In this document: piece by piece, positions 1 through 9,650 of the stretch | Layout of the letters: each line of letters begins with the position of its first letter | How positions within the stretch are numbered: the stretch's first letter is position 1 | NCBI GenBank assembly: GCA_964486045.1 | Contig: CAZALK010000030.1 | Coordinates: forward strand, 1 to 22,102 | DNA from: an uncultured archaeon | Lineage (GTDB): Archaea > Asgardarchaeota > Lokiarchaeia > Sigyniarchaeales > SOKP01 | DNA length: 22,102 nucleotides | Direction: 5' to 3' | Translations under genes and position numbers: made by a program | The notes under the pieces: model-generated | The model's input: only the letters and a program-made list of their open reading frames with translations | What the model was told of the DNA's origin: nothing | Database searches by the model: none

Positions 1-55
1 CCGTTAAATAAAATATTTTCAAACACATCTAATAATAAATTGTCCGCTAATACGA

Positions 56-844
56 TTTCATATTTTTTCTATAGTCTCATTATGTGATCTCCTCTTAGAA
101 GAATTATCAATATATAATAATCCAGAAATCCTTGAGTAACTGAATCCACTGATTGAACGACTACTAAAAATTGCTGAAGAAAATCATTCATTCTCCTTAC
201 TATCAGAAGCTTATCTACTCCAAGGTAGGGTAGCATTAATAAAATTAAATTTAGATGACGCTAGACAAAATTTAACAAAAGCTCAACAGATTGCAGATGA
301 ACACGATCTCACCTTACTTGCCCGTAAAATCTCACATGAACATGATAAGCTAATAGAAGAATTTGAAACTTGGCAAAATTACAAGAAAACCCAAATTTCT
401 ATAAAAAAACGTATCAAATTAGCTTCCATTGATGGAGTAATAGACCGTATGCAAGAAAAACGTGCTATAGACCCTCCTGAATTAGTTGATGAGCAATCTA
501 CGCTCCTATTGATCATTGCTGAAGGAGGAGTACTTATATTCTCATACCCCTTTACAGATGAATGGAAACAAGATGATTCCCTTTTTAGTAGTTTCTTGTC
601 AGCATTTACATCTTTCAGTGATGAATTCTTTTCGGAAGGGCTCGATTGGGGGAAATTCAACCAGAATACCGTACTCATGGAATCAGCTGGGGCTTAACAA
701 AAATTATCGAAATTTGCTGAAGCTATTCAAAATACCACTCCCATATGGCAAACTCTCGAAAAGTTTTATAAAACTAGCCAGACTCTTGAAATCAAGGATA
801 TGCCTCCCTTAAAGAACTTAATTACAGAAATTTTTCTCAGCTAA
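56..844 (+). pseudogene. Decayed 3' part of a TPR-like helical protein with C-terminal longin-like domain
   Basis: One frame reads ...SLCDLLLEELSIYNNPEILE*LNPLIERLLKIAEENHSFSLLSEAYLLQGRVALIKLNLDDARQNLTKAQQIADEH...LLLIIAEGGVLIFSYPF...FSSFLSAFTSFSDEFF...TVLMESAGA*QKLSKFAEAIQNTTPIWQTLEKFYKTSQ...ITEIFLS*. In-frame TAA at 137-139 and 695-697, final stop 842-844. Another in-frame TAA at 5-7 shows the 5' end is lost. The 449..697 ORF is one piece of it. The 5' boundary is approximate. Confidence 0.75.
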
Positions 845-1165
845 GAACCTTTTAAAATTAATACAATTTCAAATAGTTTTGTTCAAATTTTGAAGAATTA
901 AACTGTTATGTGAAGATAAGTTCAAGAGCTTCGGATTAAAGTATAGCCATTTTATAATAAACCTAATTAAAAACTGACAGTAAAAAAAGAACTAACCGCA
1001 GAATTTATTATTACACTATATAGATTCAACAAAATACTAATGATATTCTCAATCATTTAATTTTATTTATAATTCTTTTTGTATAGAATGTAATTTAATT
1101 AAACAAATATCTAAGCAATTTAGCCTATATTGTTATATCCGAAATAGATCAGTTATTGGTGATAA

Positions 1166-4114
1166 GTGCTGGTAAACAGAAGCATAATAAAAAAAAAATC
1201 AAGCAACCCTCGATTCTTTGAGGGGTTGGAGATCGGTTCAGTTTCTGTTAAATGGGTTCGTAGAACACAGAATGGAGAAATTATAAGTGAAGTAATACGT
1301 CATGAGGGTTCCCCAAAAGAAAAAATAAAACAAATATTCAACCGATATAATGTTGATCAAAATTCAAAAGTTGTTATAACTGGTCAAGCAACAAGCAGTT
1401 TTCTAAATTTACCATACATTTCAGAAGCGGAGTGCTTAGAAAAGGCTTTATCCTACCATAAATTGAAACCTGATATTTTATTATCGCTTGGTGGGGAAAC
1501 TTTTAGTGTCTATCCAATGAAAAAGGGTATAATAAAAAATATTATCTCTACTACTAAGTGTGCTGCGGGGACAGGTGAATTCCTTATTCAACAACTTCAA
1601 AGGATGGGAATGACCATTGAAGAAGGTATTGAGGCCAGTTTAAACGGAGAACTTACCCAATTGGCAACTAGATGCTCTGTGCACTGCAAAAGTGATTCTA
1701 CCCACAAGCTTAATAAAGGTGAATGTAAACCAGAGGATATCGCAAAAACCCTAATCCACGATTTAGCTAGTAAGGTTAGTAAAATGATTGATTCAGCCCA
1801 ATGGTCAACAAATTTAATTGTGATTTCAGGAGGAGTTGCTTTAAACAAAATATTTATTGAAAACCTGCAAGATATTCTTAGTTCATCTGAGATCAAAGTT
1901 CTTCCAGAAAGTCCTTATCTTGAAGTTTTTGGAGCTTTATTATATGCATCAGAGTTACAGGAGGAGTACCCTCTAATTGAAAAATGGTTCAAAAATTCCT
2001 CTGTTGAATTTGAAAGACATAAACCACTTAAAAATGTTGAATCCTATTTGGATTATCGTGTGAACAAGAATACCCAAGGGAAAATTAACAAAGGTGATTC
2101 TTATATCCTCGGAATAGATGCAGGATCTACTACGACTAAGGCTGTTTTATTTAATATAGTTGATGATTCAGTGGGTGCTAGTATTTATTTAAGAACCTTG
2201 GGCAATCCTGTACTAGCTACAAAACAATGTATAAAAGGTTTGTTAGAACAGCTGGGAAATAAGACTGTTAAGGTTGTCCAATGTGGAGTTACTGGATCAG
2301 CAAGAGAGATGGTTTCAGTTTACTTAGATAGTTGTCGGAGTTTTAATGAGATATTAGCTCATGCTCGAGCTGCGGTTGAAGAAGTCCCAGATGTGGATAC
2401 TGTATTTGAAATCGGTGGTCAGGATTCGAAGTTTATTTCATTTTTAAAAGGAGTTCCTATCGATTACGCTATGAATGAGGGATGCTCAGCGGGAACAGGA
2501 AGTTTTCTTGAGGAATCTGCATCAGTAGATATGGGAATTGGAGTTGAAGAAATTAGTGAAGTAGCTATGAAGAGTCTAGAACCTATCTCATTTGGTGAGA
2601 GATGTGCGGCTTTTATCAATACTGATTTAAGGAATGCACTTCAACAAGGTGCTAAACAGGAAGATGTTGTAGCAGGTCTTGTTTATTCAATTGCTGAGAA
2701 CTACATTTCTCGAATTATAGGACCTCGTCAAGTAGGTAAAAATCTCCTTTTTCTTGGGGGTGTAGCTTTAAATAGGTCAGTAGCCTTAGCTATCGCAGCT
2801 CATCTACAACAAAAAGTAATTGTTCCAGCTCATCCTGAACTAATGGGTAGTGTAGGAACTGCTCTCATGTCTCGCGATCTTTTACAAGAAGGTGTAATCT
2901 CTGAACGAGATTTTGACCTTAAGAAACTTGAATCTGGTTATATTAACCTAAGAAAAACATTTAGATGCAAATCATGTGAGAATAATTGCGAAATTCAAAA
3001 TATTTCCATAAGGGGAAAAATCTATCCGTTTGGAGGGGTGTGTTCTAAATATAGGTTACTACGCCAAAAAGGGGAAAAAATTAAAGAAGGTCAAGATTTG
3101 GTGGCGTTTCGAAATAAAATGATGTTTGAAGAGTTCGGAGTTCAAAATTTTGATAATCCGCGCGGAACGATTGGTCTTCCTATGGCACTTACAGTATATA
3201 CTTTATTCCCACTCTATGCGAAATTCATCAATGAACTTGGATTTAACGTAGAAATTTCTCACGGCTCTAACGCGGATGAGATTAAAGCCCTAGTGTCAAT
3301 CTGTTATCCTTGTGAATTAGTTCATAGAGAAGTTGATTACCTTATCAAGCGTAACGTAGATTATATTTTTATACCTCGTGAAATTGAATTTGAAATTCCT
3401 GATGGATACTTACACAGTTATACCTGTCCCTCTACAACAACTATTTCAGATGTTGTTAGTGCGCAATTTGAGGACATAAGTGAGAAGATCATTTCACCGC
3501 ATGTGGCAACTTCTAATCATTATATACAAACAACGCTTAATGAATTCGGTAGAATAGCAGTAAAAGTAGGTAGGAATTTTGAGGATGGTATAGAAGCAGG
3601 ACAAAGAGCATTTACGCATAACAATAATTTTTGGGAGAAATATCGAGAAGAAGGAGAAATTAAATTAAAAGAAATAATTAAGGAACCAAGTGTTATTATT
3701 GCAGGGAGACCATATGTCGTTTACCCACCAGAAGTCAATATCGCTCTCCCTCGAAAGATTGTCAGCAGAGGTTACAACGCAATACCAGCTGATATGTTAA
3801 ATATATTACCAGATGGAGACCATAGATATGAGAGAAATGTATGGGGTTATACTCAACAAATTGATAATGCAGTACAATATGTGAAAAATAATCCCAATTT
3901 ATACATTTGTCTTGTATCTTGTTTTTCTTGTGGTCCCGATGGTAATATGTATCATAAATTTAGGCACGATCTTTCTGGAAATACATTTTGTTACCTTGAA
4001 ATAGATTCTCATACTGCTCATGCAGGTTTTGAGACACGTGTGGGCGCGTTTCTTGATATTATTGAAGAACGACGCCTAAAAAAAGTAGAAAAATTACCAA
4101 TGCTAGTTAAGTGA
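1166..4114 (+). CDS. 2-hydroxyacyl-CoA dehydratase activase-type protein (two BadF/BadG/BcrA/BcrD ASKHA ATPase domains + DUF2229/HGD-D-like region)
   Basis: Domain 1: GLEIGSVSVK, KCAAGTG, CSVH, SGGVALN. Domain 2: GIDAGSTTTK, EIGGQDSK, CSAGTG, CAAF, LGGVALN. Linker CKSCENNC, then CYPC, YTCP, SCFSCGPD, LEIDSHTAHAGFETR. GGTGA at 1158-1162 precedes the GTG start. Confidence 0.9.
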   Translation: MLVNRSIIKKKSSNPRFFEGLEIGSVSVKWVRRTQNGEIISEVIRHEGSPKEKIKQIFNRYNVDQNSKVVITGQATSSFLNLPYISEAECLEKALSYHKLKPDILLSLGGETFSVYPMKKGIIKNIISTTKCAAGTGEFLIQQLQRMGMTIEEGIEASLNGELTQLATRCSVHCKSDSTHKLNKGECKPEDIAKTLIHDLASKVSKMIDSAQWSTNLIVISGGVALNKIFIENLQDILSSSEIKVLPESPYLEVFGALLYASELQEEYPLIEKWFKNSSVEFERHKPLKNVESYLDYRVNKNTQGKINKGDSYILGIDAGSTTTKAVLFNIVDDSVGASIYLRTLGNPVLATKQCIKGLLEQLGNKTVKVVQCGVTGSAREMVSVYLDSCRSFNEILAHARAAVEEVPDVDTVFEIGGQDSKFISFLKGVPIDYAMNEGCSAGTGSFLEESASVDMGIGVEEISEVAMKSLEPISFGERCAAFINTDLRNALQQGAKQEDVVAGLVYSIAENYISRIIGPRQVGKNLLFLGGVALNRSVALAIAAHLQQKVIVPAHPELMGSVGTALMSRDLLQEGVISERDFDLKKLESGYINLRKTFRCKSCENNCEIQNISIRGKIYPFGGVCSKYRLLRQKGEKIKEGQDLVAFRNKMMFEEFGVQNFDNPRGTIGLPMALTVYTLFPLYAKFINELGFNVEISHGSNADEIKALVSICYPCELVHREVDYLIKRNVDYIFIPREIEFEIPDGYLHSYTCPSTTTISDVVSAQFEDISEKIISPHVATSNHYIQTTLNEFGRIAVKVGRNFEDGIEAGQRAFTHNNNFWEKYREEGEIKLKEIIKEPSVIIAGRPYVVYPPEVNIALPRKIVSRGYNAIPADMLNILPDGDHRYERNVWGYTQQIDNAVQYVKNNPNLYICLVSCFSCGPDGNMYHKFRHDLSGNTFCYLEIDSHTAHAGFETRVGAFLDIIEERRLKKVEKLPMLVK

Positions 4115-4125
4115 GGGATAAAATT

Positions 4126-5529
4126 ATGATCGAAACAGAACAAACGTCTAAAAAAGTAGGGAAAATTCAGTTTTCAGAAAATTTTGAATACATGATAGAC
4201 AATAAAGGCAATAGAGTAGATTTTGATAATCCACGGATTGTATTCGTAGAACCTGCGGCTCGAAATCCATATGGAAAACGCCTTGTAATAGATTTATACA
4301 GACAACATAACAGAAATATCAGAATAAGCCAAGAAACTGATGATAATATATTACAATATGCAAAACGAGTATGCTCAGGTAGAGAATGTATTCCTAGTCT
4401 AGCAATAGCAGGAGCAATTTTAAAAGATATTAATGAATATCGAGGAAATGATGAAATTACGATTTATCGTGATCCTTTGAACCAACACGGCCCATGTCAA
4501 AACGGAGCATTCCCTGTTCTTTGGGATTTATTGTTTAAAAAACGACTAAATATAGAAAACGCGTTTTTTTGTATTGCTCCAGGTTTTAAAAATAATTACT
4601 TAGGACTAAGACCTAATATGATTTTACTGGAAAACGTAAACTTTATAATCGGACATTATCTCGTTGAGGCAAGAAATGCTCTGCAATGTGTCGCTGAAAA
4701 TAAAAATTTGGCTCTTGAGCAATTTGAAGTTATTACTGATGATTTTATTAACAATGTGAAAGAGAAAAAAAAAACACAGAGAACAGGATTGGTGAGATGG
4801 GCACGAGATGTGTCGAAAATCCCATTAAAAGCTAAAGTAGAAAACACTCCAAAAGTACTGATCTTTGGTGGTTTAAATTTATTGTTTAATCATTATCCCG
4901 TGGAGGAATATTTTCTTGAGAAAGGAATAATTGTAAAGGTTGTCGATCTTGTTGAATCATTAAACTTTATTTTATCTGAGTCAGTGTTGCGATACGGTTT
5001 TAGAAAAAGTATTCTAAGCCCAAAACAACAGTTTAAGGTAGCTTCATTAGATCCTTCTGTTGTAGAAGAAGAATATCAAGGAGATGCTGAAAAAGCAAAA
5101 CGAAGTTTAACCAAAATAGAATTTTTAGCTTCACAGTGTTTCATATTTAGAAAAATAATGAGTAAATCAGGCTTACTATTTGATCCTCATGTTGATTTTG
5201 TGGATCTCATTGAAGAGGGGAATAAATATGTAACATCAAATAGCATTACAGAAACACCAATAATTACTGGGAGATTCATTCATTCAATTAAATCAGGATT
5301 ATATGACGGATTAATCAATATGGGAGCATTTAACTGTCAACCCGCGATGAATTCACAGGCAATTATCCGTCCTTTGGCAAACAAATCTGATGTTCCATAC
5401 GCAGCAATAGATTGCGAAGGGCCTCGGATTTCAATAAATCAGCGTAGGCTTCTAGAAACAATAGCAGTCCAAGCTAAGAGAGTACGGAAAGAGAAAAATG
5501 ATAAATTAATTCAAAATAGGTTTAACTAA
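4126..5529 (+). CDS. 2-hydroxyacyl-CoA dehydratase-like (HGD-D-related) Fe-S partner of the activase
   Basis: CSGRECIP, GPCQNG, GAFNCQPA and IDCEG motifs resemble the C-terminal half of long activase-dehydratase fusions. Directly follows the activase. The ORF track starts at GTG 4111; ATG 4126 after GAGGGATAAAATT is preferred. Confidence 0.75.
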   Translation: MIETEQTSKKVGKIQFSENFEYMIDNKGNRVDFDNPRIVFVEPAARNPYGKRLVIDLYRQHNRNIRISQETDDNILQYAKRVCSGRECIPSLAIAGAILKDINEYRGNDEITIYRDPLNQHGPCQNGAFPVLWDLLFKKRLNIENAFFCIAPGFKNNYLGLRPNMILLENVNFIIGHYLVEARNALQCVAENKNLALEQFEVITDDFINNVKEKKKTQRTGLVRWARDVSKIPLKAKVENTPKVLIFGGLNLLFNHYPVEEYFLEKGIIVKVVDLVESLNFILSESVLRYGFRKSILSPKQQFKVASLDPSVVEEEYQGDAEKAKRSLTKIEFLASQCFIFRKIMSKSGLLFDPHVDFVDLIEEGNKYVTSNSITETPIITGRFIHSIKSGLYDGLINMGAFNCQPAMNSQAIIRPLANKSDVPYAAIDCEGPRISINQRRLLETIAVQAKRVRKEKNDKLIQNRFN

Positions 5530-6037
5530 CTTTTCTCTGGATCTTTCCTTTCAACCAACCGATTCTTGTTGTTTTAATATTATCAAATTGAGGAATATAG
5601 GGTTTTAAATCCAAAATGGGTGTCTTATCTAAGATGTCAATGTTTTTTACATGAATTATTTTGTTATTAATTTCGATAAGCTCTAATATCGAAATGCCTA
5701 ACGGATTTGGTCGGAAAGGAGTACGAATAGCAAATACTCCTCTTATTTCATTATCTAAAAAAGGTCTTGATTGAAGTGGAACAGGTAATTTCACCATATC
5801 AAAATAATATATACAATAGATATGAGAAAAATCGGAAAGATCTTTCAATCCAGTCTTATATTCAGGAAAAATTTCAATTGTCCCTTTCATATTTGAAATT
5901 ACTGATTGAATGGGGATCCCTTTAAGCGATTTGAAAGGAGTATGAATAATACCGATTGGTTTAAAGCAGACTTTCTCTGGGAATTTACGATCTTTAAGGT
6001 TAATAATTTCTCGATTCATGATTTTCATGATCTTCAT
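5522..6037 (-). CDS. trmO: tRNA (N6-threonylcarbamoyladenosine(37)-N6)-methyltransferase TrmO/TsaA family
   Basis: PIGIIHTPF, GLKDLSDFSH, RGVFAIRTPFRPNPLG and DILDKTPILDLKPY signature motifs. The true start may be a later Met. Its 3' end overlaps the convergent gene by 8 bp. Confidence 0.9.
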   Translation of the reverse strand: MKIMKIMNREIINLKDRKFPEKVCFKPIGIIHTPFKSLKGIPIQSVISNMKGTIEIFPEYKTGLKDLSDFSHIYCIYYFDMVKLPVPLQSRPFLDNEIRGVFAIRTPFRPNPLGISILELIEINNKIIHVKNIDILDKTPILDLKPYIPQFDNIKTTRIGWLKGKIQRKVS

Positions 6038-6118
6038 ATAACAATGATTTAAAAAAAAGATTTTCTAATAAAAAGGTCTATCCATAAGCTAGTCTAAGGT
6101 TGTAAGGATAACTAAAAT

Positions 6119-6847
6119 CTATAAAAATGGGTAAAAGAATTGCATGAAAAACTCTTTTCCTACTACGTTTCTTTCAAGGAAATCCTCTTTTAATTTTGAA
6201 TAATCATAAGGTATGTTTTTAAAATTGATATTTAGTGAATTATCGCCAATTTCCATTGTACAAAAGGAAGTCAGAGGTTGCATTGTGATGCTAATTGACC
6301 CAGGATTCACAATCGTCTTTCTTTTCCATTTAATATATAGTTGTTCATGAGAATGACCCACCAATACAATGTCAACATCTTTAGGGTAAACAGCTATAAA
6401 TTCTTCTAAAGGTTTTTCCTGGTATATTAGAAGATTATCTTGAATTGTTGTACCGGGAGTATCATAGAAATGTGAATGTATCATCAATATTTTTTTATCA
6501 TTTATAGTTAATGTTTTAAATTGAGGAGTATTAGCTATTTTATCAATTAATTCAGTATTAAGCTGATCTACAATCCAATCGCGATGAGGACCTACCCCTT
6601 CAGGCCACTCCTCTTTTCTTTTACCTAAGACAAACATTTCATTATTTCCAATAATATTTTCAAACCTTTCATCTGCGAATATAGTTTCAGCTACTTCTTT
6701 TGGATGAGGGCCAATAGAGGTAAAATCACCTAAATTTAAAATTTTATCAGCATGAAAACTTTTTTCATTATAACGGAGAAAACTCTCTAATGCATACTTA
6801 TTAGCGTGTATATCTGATATAATAGCAAGTTTAGTATGTTCTACCAT
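6119..6847 (-). CDS. Calcineurin-like metallophosphoesterase (YfcE/MJ0936-related), paralog 1
   Basis: ISDIHAN, LGDF, GNNE, IHSH, GHSH and NPGS motifs. Confidence 0.9.
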   Translation of the reverse strand: MVEHTKLAIISDIHANKYALESFLRYNEKSFHADKILNLGDFTSIGPHPKEVAETIFADERFENIIGNNEMFVLGKRKEEWPEGVGPHRDWIVDQLNTELIDKIANTPQFKTLTINDKKILMIHSHFYDTPGTTIQDNLLIYQEKPLEEFIAVYPKDVDIVLVGHSHEQLYIKWKRKTIVNPGSISITMQPLTSFCTMEIGDNSLNINFKNIPYDYSKLKEDFLERNVVGKEFFMQFFYPFL

Positions 6848-6959
6848 ATTTTATCCCTTAAATTATAATAATATGCAAAGGATTGTTTTATATTTTAATT
6901 TTTTATAAATTAAGAAAATATCACTCCATCAATCTAAAATATTTTCTGTTTGAAATGGA

Positions 6960-7688
6960 TTATAAATATGGGTAAAAATATTTAATAAGAAATTCTCTTG
7001 CCACTACTTTATTCTTTTGATAATCCTCTTTCAATTTTGAGAAGTCATAGGGGATATTTTTAAACTCAAAATTTAGGCTAGAACCATCAATTTCTAAAAA
7101 ACAGAAGGATGTTATTGGTTTCCATGTAATACTGATTGAACCAGGATTTATAATACATTTATCTTTCCATATCAAGTACAATTGTAAGTGGGAATGCCCA
7201 ACTAATACGATATCAGCATCTTTAGGGTACATAGCTAAAAATTCTTCCAGAGTCTTTCCTTGATATACAAAAAGGTTATCTTGAATGGTTGTACCTGGAG
7301 TATCATAAAAATGTGAATGGAGCATCAATACCTTTTTCCCATTAATATCTAAAGTTTTTGATGTGGGTGTATTTTCTATTTTTTCAAGAAGATCTTTTCC
7401 AATATGGTTAGCTATCCATTCATGATGAACCATCTTTTCTCTACGCCACTCATTTTTTCTTTTTCCTAGGACAATCATTTCGTTGTTTCCAATTATATTT
7501 TCAAATCGCTTATCTGTGAAAATTGTTTGCGCCACTTCTTTTGGATTAGGACCAATAGAGGTAAAATCACCTAAATTTAAAATTTTGTCAGCTTGAAAGT
7601 TTTCTTCATTATATTGAAGAAAAGAATCTAATGCATATTTATTCGCATGAATATCCGAGATAATAGCAAGTTTAGTTTTGTTTCCCAT
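6960..7688 (-). CDS. Calcineurin-like metallophosphoesterase (YfcE/MJ0936-related), paralog 2
   Basis: Same motifs and same length (242 aa) as 6119..6847, colinear without gaps. Confidence 0.9.
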   Translation of the reverse strand: MGNKTKLAIISDIHANKYALDSFLQYNEENFQADKILNLGDFTSIGPNPKEVAQTIFTDKRFENIIGNNEMIVLGKRKNEWRREKMVHHEWIANHIGKDLLEKIENTPTSKTLDINGKKVLMLHSHFYDTPGTTIQDNLFVYQGKTLEEFLAMYPKDADIVLVGHSHLQLYLIWKDKCIINPGSISITWKPITSFCFLEIDGSSLNFEFKNIPYDFSKLKEDYQKNKVVAREFLIKYFYPYL

Positions 7689-7736
7689 ATTTTATTCCCT
7701 AAAAAAGTAATAAATAGTAAAAAGAAGATTGGCTTT

Positions 7737-9233
7737 TTAATCTAATTTTTGAAGAATCTTTAGCAGAAATTTCCAAGTTTTTTCAACAGAATTGATATTT
7801 AATCTCTCATTTGGAGAATGAACATCTTTAGCTGTAGGACCAATTGCTATTGCTTCCATATTCTGATTCAAATTTATTAATAGCGTACTCTCTAAACCCC
7901 CCTGAATTAAAATGATTAAAGGATCTCTATTCGATAACTCTTTATACGCATCTTTCGCCAAATTTAGAAGTCTTGAATCATTGTTAGGTTCCCAGGCAGG
8001 ATAACTACCTGTAACACTACTATTCATTTCAAGACCAGACATTTCAAATAAAGCTAAAATTTTTTCACAAGTACTTTTATTATAATAATTATTGAAACTT
8101 CGATGCAACATCCTTATTTTAATATGTTCTTTTTCAGTTTTTATTATTCCAAGGTTGGTCGATACAAAAGCGTAAGTTTTTATCTTTGGGTGTATTGATA
8201 GTGGCCCACAAGGAAGGATAAACAGTAAGTTGAGTAGTTTTTCCTTAATTTTTTCTTGTATGATTGTATCACTATTATTATATTGTAGGATCACTGTTGA
8301 AATTTGAATATTTTTTTCGATTCCTTCATAGCTCTTTTTAATTTCAGAAAATAGGGAATTAATAATTGATTTGATTTCTGAAATTTGTTCTTCTTTCACA
8401 TATATTATTGTGTTTGCTTCCCGCGGTATTGCATTAGCAGCACCACCCCCATTGATAGAATTAATATGAATAACATAGTTTTTACTTAGCTTCCATAAAA
8501 TATGGATTAAGATTTTAATCGCATTAGCTCTTCCACGATTAATATCACCTCCAGAATGCCCCCCCATTAGACCACTCAGAGTAAGTCTCAATGGTATAAC
8601 TTTTTCCTCAATGTGAACAATCGATATTGGTTTAGTTTTTATATTAGTAATAAATCCAATACCCCCTGTACATCCGTTGGTTATCATTCCCTCTTCTCCA
8701 GAATCGAGGTTTATAAGAAGATTGCCTTCTACCATATTTTTATCAATTTCTTTTGCACCCCCTAAACGATTTTCCTCAAGAACAGTGAATAACAATTCTA
8801 TACTTAATGTTTTTAAATTTAAGGATCCATCATGAATTTTTTTCATTACTGTGAGATTATAACATATTCCAGTTCCATTATCTGCTCCTAATGTAGTCCC
8901 ATCAGCAGTTAACCATTTCTCATTATTTATTTCCACAATTTTCAAATTTAAAGGATCTTGTAAGAAATTATGCTTGACATCATTATTTTTCTCGCAAACC
9001 ATATCCATATGGCATTGTAATATTAATTTTTCCTTGACTGTTGATTTTGATGGGATAGATATAAGAAGATTTCCAATTTTATCCACTTTAGTTTTAAACC
9101 CGAACTTCTCTGCTTCGGTTTGGATAAAATTTCTTATTTTTTCTTCATATCCCGAACAATGCGGAATTTTAGAAATCTGTTCAAAATAATCCCAAAATTC
9201 CTCAGGTTTCCCCAGATCTTTTAATTTTGACAT
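7737..9233 (-). CDS. pepD: M20C family aminoacyl-histidine (beta-Ala-His) dipeptidase, PepD-like
   Basis: FEQISKIPHCSG, LQCHMDMVCEK, GTTLGADNG, EE pair (TVLEE), NLDS, GGHSG.DI..GRANA, YPAWEP and VHSPNE. Confidence 0.88.
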   Translation of the reverse strand: MSKLKDLGKPEEFWDYFEQISKIPHCSGYEEKIRNFIQTEAEKFGFKTKVDKIGNLLISIPSKSTVKEKLILQCHMDMVCEKNNDVKHNFLQDPLNLKIVEINNEKWLTADGTTLGADNGTGICYNLTVMKKIHDGSLNLKTLSIELLFTVLEENRLGGAKEIDKNMVEGNLLINLDSGEEGMITNGCTGGIGFITNIKTKPISIVHIEEKVIPLRLTLSGLMGGHSGGDINRGRANAIKILIHILWKLSKNYVIHINSINGGGAANAIPREANTIIYVKEEQISEIKSIINSLFSEIKKSYEGIEKNIQISTVILQYNNSDTIIQEKIKEKLLNLLFILPCGPLSIHPKIKTYAFVSTNLGIIKTEKEHIKIRMLHRSFNNYYNKSTCEKILALFEMSGLEMNSSVTGSYPAWEPNNDSRLLNLAKDAYKELSNRDPLIILIQGGLESTLLINLNQNMEAIAIGPTAKDVHSPNERLNINSVEKTWKFLLKILQKLD

Positions 9234-9350
9234 TCATATCACCATAAGTTGATAAATAAACTAATTGATTTATAAGAATTGCATAATAATACTCTAAATA
9301 TAATTAAATTTTAACTTTTTTATAATTAAATAATAAAAAGGTAGAAAACC

Positions 9351-9635
9351 GTGGTTGAAAATTTAAAAATTGGCTTTAGAATTGTAGGTACCATTAAAGA
9401 GGTAAAAGGAAAGTGCAATGCTGGTCATAATATTGGGGATAAATTGGAATTAAGTGGACATAACACTGGCGGATTATGTGGCTTTTTTTATCACGATATT
9501 TTCCCCTATATCATAATGCTTCAATTCGGAGGGTCATACCCTAAAGAATGGGTTGCAGATCAGGATGTTGTCGAGTTCGAATGTATGGATAAATCCAACG
9601 CTGTTAAAATAGAATTAAGAAGGATAAGAGAGTAA
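9351..9635 (+). CDS. TIGR04076-like small Cys-containing protein
   Basis: V.G.C.AGH.IGD, GLCG..YH.IFPY...LQFGG..P.W and C.D...V..EL.R pattern. GTG start. Confidence 0.75.
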   Translation: MVENLKIGFRIVGTIKEVKGKCNAGHNIGDKLELSGHNTGGLCGFFYHDIFPYIIMLQFGGSYPKEWVADQDVVEFECMDKSNAVKIELRRIRE

Positions 9636-9650
9636 CGAGGAGAATTCATA

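Larger units (their letters stand above)
6119..7700. repeat. Tandem gene duplication with 841-bp offset
   Basis: Both ORFs are 729 bp. An identical 35-bp block lies at 6711-6745 and 7552-7586. The leaders are similar (aagggataaaatATG vs agggaataaaatATG). Confidence 0.9.

Noticed and set aside
137-697. Stop-codon recoding (Sec/Pyl) in the TPR-like frame
   Set aside because: Both internal stops are TAA, which is not a Sec or Pyl codon, and the gene also lacks its 5' end.
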